This document shows positions 12,334-25,415 of a stretch of DNA of 64,000 bases, piece after piece. The notes beneath the pieces were generated by a model that worked only from the letters and a program-made list of their open reading frames with translations, ran no database searches and was not told the origin of the DNA. The DNA is from Hydrolagus colliei (Eukaryota). A program made the translations under genes and the position numbers. The first letter of the stretch is position 1; each line of letters begins with the position of its first letter. The stretch covers positions 14,880,001 through 14,944,000 of the forward strand of contig CM068743.1 of assembly GCA_035084275.1 (NCBI GenBank). The letters are read 5' to 3'.

Positions 12334-13306
12334 CAATAATCCTTACATTTGATATGGCGCATTTCACATTTTCTAGATGTCGTAAAAAACTTCACAGTAT
12401 ATACTGTAAAGTGAATTGACCGTATTTATTTGTGGGCGAAACGCAGCAGCCAATTGCGCACAACAACAACAATTTAAACTTATAGAGCGCCTTTCACGTC
12501 GGGAGAACGTCTCAAGGCCTGCACAGGAGGCGTGTGACCCGAGCTGGGAGGGGAGTGTTTGGGAAGGGGTGAAACACGTAGGGGAGGTCGAAAAGTTCGG
12601 GGGGGAACAAAAGGCATGGTCGAAGAGGAAAGTCTTCAAACCGGCCTTGAAAGAGGAAAGGGAGGAAACAAGGCGGAGGGATCGGGGGATGGAATTCCAC
12701 AGGGTGGGAGCGGAGAAACTGAAGGCCCGGCCTCCGATGGTGGGGCAGCTCGGGCGGGGGGGCTTGGAGCAGGCCAAGACCTGCTGAACGGAGGGTCCGG
12801 GTGGGCTTGTAGGGGGAGAGTAAGTCGGTTAAATATGGCGGGGCAAGGCCATGTAAGGCCTTGAAGGTGAGGACAAGGATCTTGAACTCGATCCTCTGGA
12901 GGATGGGGAGCCAGTGGAGACGGGCGAGGGTGGGGGTTATATGGTCGCGGAGGTGGGTGCGGGATAGTACACGGGCTGCAGAGTTTTGGATGATCTGCAG
13001 CCTGTGAATGGAGGAGCTGGGGAGGCCGACGAGGATAGAGTTTCCTTAGTCTAGCCGTGAGGTGATGTACGCGTGCACGAGTGTTTCGGCAGCATGGGGG
13101 ATGAGATAGTACAGCAGTGTCCCACAAACAGTCGTGGATTGAAATTACCAATTTTTTAATGCAGGTTTTTTTGGAACAGTTTATTATTATTAGGCATGTG
13201 GAGTAAGGAAAGTTGCCCAAGATTTCGCCCTGACCTGCCTGGATTTGAAACACAGGTCTCACGCTTGAAGGGGAGTGCTCTCAACACAGAGCTACAGGAC
13301 TCCACA
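12334..13306 (-). mobile_element. Full-length SINE interrupted by an L2
   Basis: Tail at 12334; head ends gagctacaggactccac at 13306. Confidence 0.85.
12461..13108 (-). mobile_element. Young L2 3' fragment nested in a SINE
   Basis: Closely similar to 56720-57380; interrupts the SINE core gcgcac|agcagtgtccc. Confidence 0.92.
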
Positions 13307-13679
13307 ATGTGGAGGAGCAAAACAGAAATGTGTTTCATTCATTTCATTCATTAAAAAACCTTTTCATAACAGGGAGCAAAAATCAGAGCTTAAATATGAG
13401 TGAGATTTACAGATGGGCAGTCAGGTTCATGTGATAATATCAGTTGATGAATCTTTCACCAAGTAAAAGTATAACCAATAAAGACATTTTTAACTAGAGT
13501 GCTTCATTTTAGTTTGTTCTTCAGTGTCATCTATCATCTGTACCAAGCATTTGTGAAAAAGCTCTGGAATTATATACTACCAGAACATTTAACCTACCTA
13601 TAGTGCCAAATAAGTGAATGAGACAAGGGGCATTCAGAGATCTAAGCCAGCAGATCAAAGGTATTGGGTAGTGGAGTCT

Positions 13680-14870
13680 GGTGTGAGAAGATCAGAGACA
13701 TAGGGAGATGCCAGAAGATATTTGAAAGTTAGTGTGATGATCTTAAAATTGATCAGTTCTGTAACAGTGAACAAGTGGATCCCGGCAAGAACCAGGGTGA
13801 TGGTGATACAGAGTGCAGGTATGGGTGTGGACACAAGGCGACAGAGGTTTGTATCATTTGGTCCTAGTTTATAGTGGAGCGAGGGAAACTGGGAATTTGC
13901 TTTGGAAAAATCGAGGCAGAAAGTGACAAGAGCACAAATGAGGGTTTCAGCAGTGATTGAGGTAAGATAAGGGTGATGGGGGGTGATGTGGGACAGGTCG
14001 AGGAAGGCAGTCCTGGTAAGGGACTGGGTGTGGTGTTGGAAAAATTATTGGCGATTGAAGCTATCCCCAAGGTTGCCTACAAGTTTGGTGAGTCTGAGGG
14101 ATAGACAGGGAAGGTGAAGGAGTTCAGAATCACAGGTGCGAAAATATGGCAGGAACCAAGGAGGAAAGCTCTGTTTTGTCCATGTTCAACTTCAGAAAGT
14201 TAGTGCTGATCCAGGCCTTGGCAGCAGGCAGTCAGGGTAGCAACCAGAGGAGGAAAGAAAAATAGATTTGGGTGTCATCTCCATTTTGGGGGAAGTTGAT
14301 CCCATATCTGCAGATGATATCACCAAGAGGGAGCCTGAAAATGAAAAGGGAGGAGAATAAGAATAGATCCTTGGTGAGCCTAGGCAGGATGAGAAACCAT
14401 TAAAGGAGACAAAATGGTGGCGATGAGTCAAGCAGGACCTTAACCAGGAGAGGGTATCTATCTGGTTGCGTAGGGCAGGAGATATGGTTGTGCAGATTGC
14501 CATGGTCTACTGTGTCAAAAGTAGTGGTAAAGTCCATGAGGACAAAGAAGCAGATAGAGCAGATACAGGTCATAGAAACAGAGCATATTATACGAAATCT
14601 TGATGAGTGCTGATCAATGCTCTTAGCACCATAGAAATCTGACTGGATGGGTTTGAGAAAAGAGTGAAAGGAAAGGAATGCGACAATGGATTCCAGGATT
14701 TTAGAAAGGAAGGTCAGGATTTAGGCAGGCCAATAGTTGGTGAGGTTTGGTGGATGAAATGTGAGATTTTTTTTAGGAGAGAATTGATGACAGTGTTTTT
14801 GAGGGGGAGTGGGACTTTGCTGGAGGAGAGAGACAGGTTGGCTATGCCCACCAGTAGGGGCGAGAGGGTC
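13680..14870 (-). mobile_element. Old L2 RT fragment
   Basis: Decayed RT motifs on the minus strand; purine-rich L2 antisense signature. Confidence 0.7.
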
Positions 14871-15424
14871 CCATTATTATCTCTTAACCTCCTCAAGACT
14901 AGGGAATATAAAACAAATTTACTCAACCTCTCTTCATAGCTGAGGTCGCCATTTCAAACACATTTTGGGACTTTGAGAATATAACGAATTAAATCAATAT
15001 ATCTATAAATGGGAAGCACCAAAAAGGCACAAAAAACCATCATATGCATTGCAGAGAACACCCTCCACACTACACCGACCTCACAATATACACTTGCATG
15101 TTATCCCCTAGTGCCGATCCCTCAGTCCCCTCCAATAAAAGGCCAAACATCAGAAAAACACCCCACAAATGCTAACTTTTGAGGTACAAATAGCCACAAA
15201 ACAAATGATCAGTCTTACCTCAGGAAATATTGGCCAGGATATCAGGAGAAATGCTTTTCTCTTTTCAAATTGCACCATAGGATCTTTAACAACCACCCAA
15301 ACTAGCAGACAAGATCAAGTTTAACCTAAAAGGTGACATGTCCAACATGCAGAAGGACTTCAGCATTGGAGTGCCAGACTCTTGTTGAGTTTAACATCTT
15401 GACATAGGGATTTAACCCAGAGCC

Positions 15425-16472
15425 GCATGGATAAAGTACTCTCCAAAATGGGCTTGGGGGAGAAAATACGCAAGTGGCTTTGACTGCTCTACACAGACAT
15501 TTGTAGTCTGTGTAGAGCAGACATTTGTAGTGCAGTCACAGTAAATGGGTATGATACTGAGATGTTCCCCATCAGATCAGGTGTAAGGTAGGGATGTCCC
15601 CTATTCCCCACCCTGTTGGTCTGCTGCTTCAAACCTTTCCACAGGCCATCAGGAGGAACGGGAACATCAGAGGTGTCACCAACCTGGGCAGCCATGGCTC
15701 GCAAGCCAAGGCTTCCCTTGATGTCACCATCCTTTGTACAGACCAAAAAGCCTGCTAGGCATTTGCGACCGGTTTGAGGAAGCCTCTGGCACCAGAAAAG
15801 CGAAGTGATGTATCTTGGAGACTGGAAAGAACGAGTGGATACTCTCTGATTACCTGCTTTCACAGTACTTGGTACTGTACAGCCTCTTCCCAGGCACTCA
15901 CAGCGAAACCCACACTGAGTGTGCCTGGAGGATCATAGACGGTAAAGGAAACCCTTTGCCATTCCCGAAACGAGGTGCTCTTTGGGCAGAACAAGGGGAC
16001 GGTGAGAGCCTGTCTCTGGATCGCGCATGGTAGTATCGGGGACTATTTACTGAGGGATAAGCTGAAGTTCAGATCAACTGTGACAAATGGGGCCTGACCC
16101 CAGCAGGAGACGCTCCTAGGCAAACCACCTCAGGGCCCACGAGCTCACCCGAGATAGTTGTAAACAAGCCTAAAAGTGCAGACGTTCACTCGACATGTAA
16201 CTAAAGAGCATGCGGAAAATGAATGTACGATAAACACGTGCAAGTAGGGTTCACATTGGGGCGCCATCCAAAAGCGACAGGTGACCTTATCAGGGCGTGC
16301 GTGAGCACACACTTGGTTGTGGTGCACACAGGGGCACCTGCCGACTGTATTAACGGGAGGGTATCTGAAAAAATGTGTGCACAACCTGTGTGCAGAGTTT
16401 GTGTACTCTGTTTTGGAATCATATTACAACAAATATATGTATAAATAAATATATATATACCCCCCCAAAAAA
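15425..16472 (+). mobile_element. Internally deleted Tx1/L1-clade retrotransposon
   Basis: KMGLGEKIRKW...FPIRSGVR*GCPLFP RT motif; LFPGTHSETHTECAWRII C-terminus; AATAAA and short A tail; 13-bp TSD ttaaccca(g/c)agcc. Confidence 0.8.
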
Positions 16473-18799
16473 TTAACCCACAGCCTTCGGAGGGCAAGAC
16501 TGTGATCAACTAAGCTGTATGTATTTATGAATGGTTCAGAGTAATCTTCTGGAAAGATAACGTGAGCAATAATTGAAAAATAAATGCTTCTCTCTTTCAA
16601 ATTGTTCACACAATATGTTTTTTCTCAAAGCCAAAAAGCCTTTGATGCTTATGTTTATCACTTGGTCACTATTTCTCAAGTTATTTCTCATGTTCTCTGG
16701 GATATTCCCTTTCCCTTTCCTCCTCAGTCAACTACTGTTGTCCTTGGCATTTTGAGTCAGCATGGCTCAGTTAGAAGCACTCTCATATCTGGGTCAGTAG
16801 GTTGTGGGTTCAAGTCCTGTATCCAGAATATTTAGCTCATTGTCTACAAACACTCTCTAGTGCAACATTTGGGGATACAGTGATCCTGTTGCCTGTTGAG
16901 GTAGACATGACACTTTCCAAAAAATCAGTGGAGATTTTCTTGTGATTTTCAAGAATCATCCAGTTAAATTATTCTGTTTATGAGATACTGTTTATGAGAT
17001 ACTGCTGTTTGGAAATTCACTGCTGGGTTCACCTAAAAAAGAACAGTCACTACATTTTACTGTAACTACTGTGAAGTGTTTTGAATGACACGGCACTTTA
17101 TTAAATATAAAGACTTATTAGTGTATAGAGTTGATGGTGGTAATCAAAAAGTTGAATAATTGAGTGGATCCACTCAGTCAAAACAATCGATGAGAGAGTG
17201 GAATAATACAGGATTGAGTTTCACTGACCCAAACCTTATTTTGAAATTCTGTACTAGAATGAAGCATGTGATGTTCAGGTAAATGATGCTCAGATTTTCA
17301 AAAGGTGCACATTAACTGTTCAGGTCATAAAACATATGCTGAAAACAACATATTTTACGATGCATCTTCCAAACAATAAAATAACTGAAGAGGCTAGTTG
17401 TATCTCTAAGCCATCATTATTGTCATCCAAACCCACTCCATGTCAATTTTTGAATTTGCACTGTTTTTTTCTAAACTAATTCAATGTTAGATTCTGATTT
17501 TATAAGCAATTAATCAAGATATCTACCACGGCGGTTTGGCTATTTCCTCAGTGTTAGATGCACTTGATTAGGCTCTAAAGCCCTTACAAGCTTGTTTGAA
17601 AGCACTTTGCTTTAGTATATAGAATGTTCATGGTAAATTATTAACCTTTTTTTAACAGAAGCAGCTCTATCATCTAATACATATAACCACTTGCCGCTTG
17701 CACACGCAGAGCGAATAGAACTTTTTTCTAAAACATAATTTTAAGTGAATTGAACTTTATTGGTTTGATGGACACATCTGGAATAGAATAATGACCCTTG
17801 ACTCCAAGATCCCTCAAAGAGAATCATGCAAAGAGCTTTCAATCTTTCCCCAATTGTTCTGCATCCTGGACCAACTTGCATTTGCCCCCAGATGAAAATA
17901 ACTTGCATAATCCTTGCATTAGTATTGTTATTATTAATAATCATTGTTATTATTTATATTACATGTGAAAAACATGCGTTGAATCTGCCATTTAGATGGA
18001 AGATTTCAGATTGTCCCTGAAATGGGAATTTATTATTTTATGGCAAGAAAGATAACAGATAATTTTTTTCTGGTTCTAGAAGTGTTCATTTTATAACTAT
18101 TTTATGAAGAATTCTCGAGTTTCGGGTACAAATTAACAAAAGCAACATTCTGTTTGCCAGTTCAGAAAAAGCACAGTCTCTCCCTGAAAGACTGTTTCTC
18201 ACTTACCTGTTCCTAAAAAACTTTGACATGGATTGGCAGAGGGAAGCTTCCTAAAGAGGTCCAAAGAACACATTGGGCACATTACTGAAACCATGCAACT
18301 TATCAGTATCAGACACTTGTAAACTTCATGTCCATCCCCAGTTAGGACCACTCTATCCATTATGGCTTTGTTTGTGAGATGTCTATTCTGCCAAGCCCCA
18401 TTTTCTCCTGGATATTTTGAGGGACTGCGAAATAGCACCATTGATTACTGAAGCAGCAGGTGGAGTTTGCATTGCTACAACATGACAATACCATATATGG
18501 CCTATATGGCTACCGCAGGTGTGTAATGCCTGCAGTAGCTAGAAACTAATACAGATCAAGGATTGTTTATGTTTTAGATGGCCGCATTTTGATGGTATTC
18601 CACAGAACTTTCCCTTAGACATGGAATAAGACAATTCATTATGTTGGCTAAACACATGTTTCTCAAGTCACTGGCACTTCAATATAGTGGATGATTATTT
18701 TATTGAAATGTTTATGCAGAAAGGCTATAGTACAATATTGCATGACAGTTTTGTCCACTGGTGACACAATCTTAAATATAACCTCTTGGTGTGTGGTAT

Positions 18800-19470
18800 T
18801 CCTGGGGTTTTCTTGATTCTTACCTCTTCCACCGTCTCCACTTTGTCGCCACTAACATATACTCCTCCACCCCCAGCACTGTCACATTTGCTGTTCCCCC
18901 AGGGTTCTGTACTTGGCCCTCTCCTTTTCACTATCTATATGCTCCCCCTTGGTGACATCATCTGTAAACATGGGGTCACCTTCCATATGTAGGCTGCAGA
19001 TCATCCAGAACTCTGTACCCGTGCCCTCTACCATACCCAGCTCCTCGACCCCATCTCCCCCATTCTCGCCTGACTCCATTGGCTTCTCATCATTTAGATG
19101 ATTTGATTCAAGATTCTGGTCCTCACCTTTAAAGTCCTCCATGGCCTACCCCACCTCTGAGGTCTCCCTCCACTCATTGACCTTAGATCTGCTCTATGTC
19201 CCCTGACCCACCCGCTCCACCATTGGTGGGTGAGCCTTCAGCCAATCTGCCCCCAGCCTTTGGAATTCTATCCCTCAATCCTTCCGCCTCGCCTCCTTGC
19301 TAGCCTCCATCAATTCCCACCACGAAACTCTTCTCTTCGACTGTTCCATTGGTTATCCCCCCTTCCCTCCACCCTCCCCAGCTTGGGTCTGAAACATTGA
19401 CTGTCCAGTGCCTTGGAACTTCCTCCCAATGTGAAAGGCGTTATATAGATAATTTTGTTGTTGTTGCTGT
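18800..19470 (+). mobile_element. Internally deleted L2
   Basis: [22 protein letters not shown] followed by the 3' end with stem-loop and (GTT)n tail. Confidence 0.85.
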
Positions 19471-20179
19471 TTAATTTGATTACCGGCACTAATTACTCAG
19501 GGTTTAAAGCCTATTTTATTAAAAATTCAATAAAATTGATATCTGTGGACCAAATGTTTCCATGAGCCTGCATGTAGACTCCCGCTGAACTACTAGCATA
19601 TTTACCAATGACACCATGCCAGTGAAACAGGAAGCTGTTGGCATCACATGGGCTACCAATGCAGCATTCATAAATGTGTTAGGAGTCTAGTCTAGCAGCA
19701 ACCTCCACTCAGGCCTGTGGAAAGTGGTAATAGATTACCAATAAATACATTTAAATTCACTTGAACTGGCTTCTGGAAAGAATGACTAGGCATTATGCGG
19801 GTGGTTACGAAATAGAGGTAATTTATCATGGAAAATCAGTTGAGACTGTTCCAGGATGGTTGTTAACAGGGGGTGGTTGTTGAACAGAGATGGTTTCTTT
19901 GAAGTTTTGACTGTAATTTTGTCTATTTTAGATTATTGTATTTGGCAAATCTGAAATGCTCTTTGTGGTATTTAACTGTTTGAAAGATTATGAGAGGATT
20001 TGGTAGGGTGTATTTTTCCACTTGCTGACGAGTCCAAAATGAGGGAACAAATATATGATAGCTAGTCGCAGATCTAAAAGGGAAAGGGAGCTCAGTTTTA
20101 AGAGGAACTTCTTTACTTAGAGAATGTAGAACTCAATGCTGGAATCTATGGGTGAAGAAAATAGCATCAATGTATTTAA

Positions 20180-20512
20180 CTCCTCTAGCTCAGTGGTTAG
20201 AGCACTCACCTTATGAACGTGAGACCTGTGTTCGAATCCAGGCAGATCAGTGCGAAACCTTGGGGAAATTTCCTTACTCCACATGCCTAATAATATCCGT
20301 CCAAAAAAAACCACAATAATAAAAATTGGTCATTTCTTTCCACAACTGTTTGTGGAAAACTGCTGTGCGCAATCAGCTGCCACATTTTGCCCACAAATAT
20401 ACAGTCAATTCAGTATACAGTATATTCTGTGAAGCCTTGAGACGTCAATAAGATGTGAAAAGTGCTGTATCAAATGCAAGGATTATTATATTATATTATT
20501 ATTATTATTATT
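20180..20512 (+). mobile_element. Full-length tRNA-derived SINE with L2-type tail
   Basis: A box TAGCTCAGTGG; B box GTTCGAATCC; core ctgctgtgcgcaat; tail gtgctgtatcaaatgcaagga(tta)n. Confidence 0.9.
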
Positions 20513-22071
20513 AAGATGAAACTTGATGTGTATATAATAGACTATGTGGCGTATGAATACCAGCATAGACTAGGTGGGAAAAATGTTCATTTTCATGCCA
20601 TAACATTGTTTATAGCACAACCTTCATATAATGCACCTGTTTTGTCGCGTGCTATTGATTAACACAACGAATGTCATCAAAAGGAAACTGGATATTGATT
20701 TGCCAATCTCCCGGTATAATTAGTAATGTGATACCATATGAACGTAATATTATTGCAGATGGAGGCAGTTTCACATCAGACAGTGTTTGCCAAAGTCCCG
20801 CGTAAGGACTTTGATTACACAACTAGTGCTGAGTAAGCCTTGTAGGCGATATTGGATAACAACAAATTACATTTGTATAGCGCCTTTCATATCAGGCCAG
20901 TCCGCTTGGAGCTGTATTGGCTGAAAGATGACATGTTTGGACATGGAATTAGAGAATCGAGCCCACTTTCTGTTGTCTCAGTAGGTCAGTTCCTGAGCCA
21001 GGGGATCCATCAGTATTCCAGGTCACTACTGATGACACAGCCAGCCTGGCTCATAAGTAGGACTTGGAAGGACCAACAAGTCACTGCGGGTGGGGACTCT
21101 AGCCGAAGCCCTAATAGGTAGGGTGGTCTTAGCTGGACATGCATCGGGAAAGCTTGCCAGGCAATGTTGTTAGTGGCAAGCTATAGCGTTTTAGTTGGTT
21201 AGACTCCAATTCACACTCTGGGGTCCCCAAGACTTAGCTTTTCACAACCTTTAATAGGATATGTCCCTCCAGAGAAAAATTGCATATTGAATTCCAATTC
21301 TCTGGAATTTCCATATGTAAGTTGGATGCATGAAATTCTCATTTTGGTTTGGATAATCTTAAACTTGATGATGGGTTTGCATATGTGCTAGATATCAAGC
21401 TGACCAGAATTATAAAAATTAATTTGCTTAAAGTTCAGTTACACAGTGGTCCATTGACAAATTAGATAGGGTTATTTCAGCAATAATTGATCATGCATGC
21501 AGTGTGGCTATATTTTTTGGAGGACGCAAAAGAAGAACTGATTTATTTTTTGGTCAGCCAGGGGTGTGACACAAAACGAGGACAGCCACTGAGAAATGTG
21601 CCATGCCGTTTCCTCACAGAGTACCATAGGACTAACTCTTAGCACTAACTCTTTGAAAGCACTTTGAGTTATTTTGACCCTCCCTGGGCTCCCACCACCA
21701 GTTTGGTTGCCCAGCCGATAGTGTCCAGCACTTTGAGACATCCTTCTGATGTGCAAAGGATGTTGTGTAAATGTTAGGATATGTTTCTGGAATGGAAAAA
21801 TATCGCCTATGCAGTTTGCGGACAAATAGGGCATTCATTCCTCAGCAAAACATTTGAGCCACCCTGAAAAGATTAACCAAAGCTTTGCAGGGTTACTAAG
21901 GTACAGACCAGACAGGTTATGGTGAAGCTTAGTTTGTTTGCTATAGTTGTAAATTTGTGCAATACAGTATCTGTGTTTTTAGCACTTGGCTCCTATGAAA
22001 ATGAGAATCAATATTATGAAATATACATTGCTCACTTTGTTCACTAAAATAACCTTTCCCTTTTTTGTCAG

Positions 22072-22212
22072 GTGCGTTCATGATCCCGTTTCTCATTTTG
22101 CTGGTGCTCGAAGGCATCCCGCTTCTGCATCTGGAGTTTGCTATTGGCCAGCGCCTGAGGATGGGTAGTGTGGGGGTGTGGAGTTCCATTCATCCTTACC
22201 TAAAAGGAGTGG
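22072..22212 (+). CDS. slc6a19: SLC6A19 exon 2, 141 nt
   Basis: ttttttgtcag acceptor; [47 protein letters not shown]; gtaagt donor. Confidence 0.96.
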
Positions 22213-22764
22213 GTAAGTTATTGGCATTTGTTAAATCTTAAGTATAATGATTCTCGATATTGGCCTGGCCTTTTCTGGATTCAGTGCAACTCACCCCGTA
22301 CAATATGTTCTGTGAACCACTGGGGGGCAAACTCTTATCGTAAAAGGTACTGTACCAAATACCAGGATTATTATCATTATTATTGCAGTATTACTATAAC
22401 TGGAATATACCACAACATATGCAGACAAATATCTTTATTATGTGCTTCATTACCATTTTGCAAAGTCATCTGTTCAGTGTGCTTTCCCCTTTCCAACATA
22501 GAATTGGCCAAGAAATCATTTGAAAGAAGCTTTTAACTTAATGAATATACAGCCCCATACTGTATTTATAATAGTAATATTTTTAAAATAAGAAATCCAG
22601 AAGTCTGTGACAGTGGCTCACTGGATCTTCCTTCCAACTCAATGTACTTTTTAGAAAAGTTATCAGTGTTGAGTCGGTGATAATATGCATAACATGCGTG
22701 ACATACTTCCTGTCTCCACCTGGATAACACATTTACATAAATATCCAAAATAAAATCATAAGGG

Positions 22765-25043
22765 TAATAATAATCCTTGCATTTCATATAGTGACTCATC
22801 ACATCTTTGAGACGTCTCAAAGGATTTCACAGAATGCCCGACAGGTACGAGGTGCTTGCAACCTGCATAGATAAGGCAGGATGGGCAAACTGACCACAGC
22901 AGCTCCATACAGGAGACCACACAAATGGGGGGAGCAAAGTGGCATCTGATTGTGATAGGGAATGAGACAGTCAGGAGGACAGATACTTTTTTCTGCAGCC
23001 GCAACTAGGAGTCACAAAGGCTGTGTTGTCTTCCTGGTGCCAGGGTTAAGGACGTCTCTTCAGGGTTGGAGAAGAACTTGAAGTAAAACAGTGGGGAATC
23101 AAGAGGATAATATTAGTGAAGAACTTAAAGAAATGAATATCAGTAGAGAGTTAGTACTACAGAAAATTATGGGAGTAAATCTGATAAATCCCCTGGACCT
23201 CATGGTCTACATACTCGGGTTTTAAAAGAGGTGGCTCAGTGTTAGTGGATGCTTTGTTTTTGATCTTCCAAAATTCACTGTATTCTGGAACGGTTCCCAT
23301 TGATTGGAAGGTTGCAAAAATAACGCAACTATTTAAGAATGGTGGGATAGATAATATGGAAAACTATAGACCAATTAGCCTGACATCGGTGGTAGGGAAA
23401 ATTCTAGAATCTATATTCAGGGATGTTGTCGTGGGTTACTTAGCAATTCATGGTATGTTTAGGCAGAGTCAACAGGGCTTTGCAAAAGGGAAATCATTCC
23501 AAACAAATCTTATAGAGTTTTCTGAACAGTAACTCGCAGGTTAGATGGAAGGGAGCCAGTGTACATAGCGTATTTCAATTTTTGGAAGGAATTCAACAAG
23601 GTGCCACATAAAAGGTTGTTATGTAAGATTAGGGCAATGGAATTAAGGATAATATATTAGCATGGATTGAAGAGTGGTAAACTGGCAGAAACCAAAACGT
23701 AGGAATAAATGGGTCCTTCTCAGATGGGCACAACGTGACTAGTGGAGTGCCACAAGGATCAGTGCTTGGGTCTCAAACTGTTTACAATCTATGTCAATGA
23801 TTTAGATGAGGAGATAGAGCTTAACGTACCTAAATTTGCGGATGATACGAAGATAGGTGGGAAAGTAAGCTGTGAGGATGACACAAGCTGAATGCAGAGA
23901 GATAAAGGCAGGTTAAGTGAGTGGGCAAGAAGGTAGCAGATGGAGCATAATGTGGGGAAGTGTAAAGTTATTCACCTAGGTAGAAAAAATAGAGGATTTT
24001 CTAGAGTGGGGGAGACTAGGTAATGTTAATATTCAGAGGGATTTAGGTGTCCTTGCACTCTAATCACAGAAAGTTAGTATGCAGGTACAGCAAGCAATTA
24101 GAAAGGCTAACAGCATGTTAGTGTTCATTGCAAAGGGGTTAGAATATAAGAGTAGGGACATCTTGCTGCAGCTGTATAAGGCCTTGGTGAGACACAATCT
24201 AGAATATTGTGTGCAGTTTTGATCTCCTTATCTAAGAAAGGATATACTGTACTCACCTTAGAGGGAGTACAATAGATTCACTAGGTTGGCTCTTGGGATG
24301 AGGGGGTTGATCTACGAGGAGGGGTTGAGTAAACTAAGCCTATATTCTCTAGAATATAGAAGAATTAGAGGCAATCGTATCAAAACCTATATGATTCTTA
24401 AGGGCCTTGACAAGGTAGATGCTGTGAGACTGGTTTGAAAATCTAAAACGAGGGTTCAAAGTTTCAGGATTAAAGGTCAGCCATTCAGAACTGAATTGAG
24501 AAAACATGTCTTCATTCAGAGGGTAATGAATTTATGGAATTCTCTACCCCAGAAGGCTGTGGATGCTCAGTCATTGAACATTTTCAAGACTGAGATCGAT
24601 AGTTTTTTAAAAGCTAAAAGGATTAAGGGACATGGGGATAGGATAGAATGTAATTAGGATAGAAGATCAGCCATGACCTTATTAAATGGTGAGACAGGCT
24701 CAAGGGACTGAATGGCCTACTCCTGCTCCTACTTCTTATATTCTTGTGAATTGACTGTATATTTTGCATGCGAAAATGCGACAGCCAGTTGCATACAGCA
24801 GTGTCCCACAAACAGTGACGGATTGGGTGACAAATTATCTTTATTTATTTATTATTGAAGGAATTATTACCCCGGGATAGACAGTCGGCCAATCAACTAG
24901 CAACCGGATTCCTACTTATTTATAAGTAAACGGAAGTGTATGGAGTAAGGAAACTTGCCCAACATTTTGCTCTACCTTGTAATCAAATCTAGATCCTCTC
25001 ATTTGCGAGGCCAATGCTCTAACCACTGAGCTACAGTACTCCT
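22765..25043 (-). mobile_element. SINE interrupted by CR1 (pieces 22765-22835 and 24747-25043)
   Basis: Tail and head/core are collinear across the CR1. Confidence 0.82.
22836..24746 (+). mobile_element. Degenerate CR1: ORF1 esterase fragment joined to ORF2 RT, nested in a SINE
   Basis: VIG...LCCLPGARVKDVSSGLEKNL (SGNH esterase) then ENYRPISLTS, KFADD and a TTCTTATATTCTT tail; host SINE resumes at 24747. Confidence 0.85.
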
Positions 25044-25277
25044 GAAACAGAGGTCGCTGGGAACATATAGCAGGTCAGGCATCATCCATGGATGGAGGGG
25101 AAAGTGATTTAACAGTTCAGGCCAAGGACCTTTTACCAGAACGATTTGCCAGAATGCATCACCCCTGCCCCAATGCCCCCCACCACTCCACCACCACTAC
25201 CTCCCCCTGAGTCCAGCTAGCTTGGGTTTAGAGTATACTGTGCTGATTAAGTCTTATTGTTCTTATTGTTTCTTCAG

Positions 25278-25415
25278 GTATTGCATCAATGTTGGTTTCC
25301 TTCCTGGTTGGTTTATACTACAACACTATCATTGCATTGGTTATGTGGTATTTCTTTAATTCATTCCAAGAACCTCTGCCCTGGAGCTCATGTCCACTGA
25401 ATGAAAACATGACAG
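25278..25415 (+). CDS. slc6a19: SLC6A19 exon 3, 138 nt
   Basis: tttcttcag acceptor; [46 protein letters not shown]; gtatt donor. Confidence 0.95.

Noticed and set aside
16975-17005. Short tandem duplications (also about 28730-28775, 36620-36660, 41790-41832 and 42853-42885)
   Set aside because: Ordinary slippage duplications with no evident function.
17161-17176. 16-bp perfect palindrome TGAGTGGATCCACTCA
   Set aside because: About one such palindrome is expected by chance in 64 kb.
20180-20255. tRNA gene-like sequences (also about 13230-13306, 24980-25043, 51343-51410 and 63500-63568)
   Set aside because: They continue into SINE core and tail and lack a proper acceptor stem; they are SINE heads.
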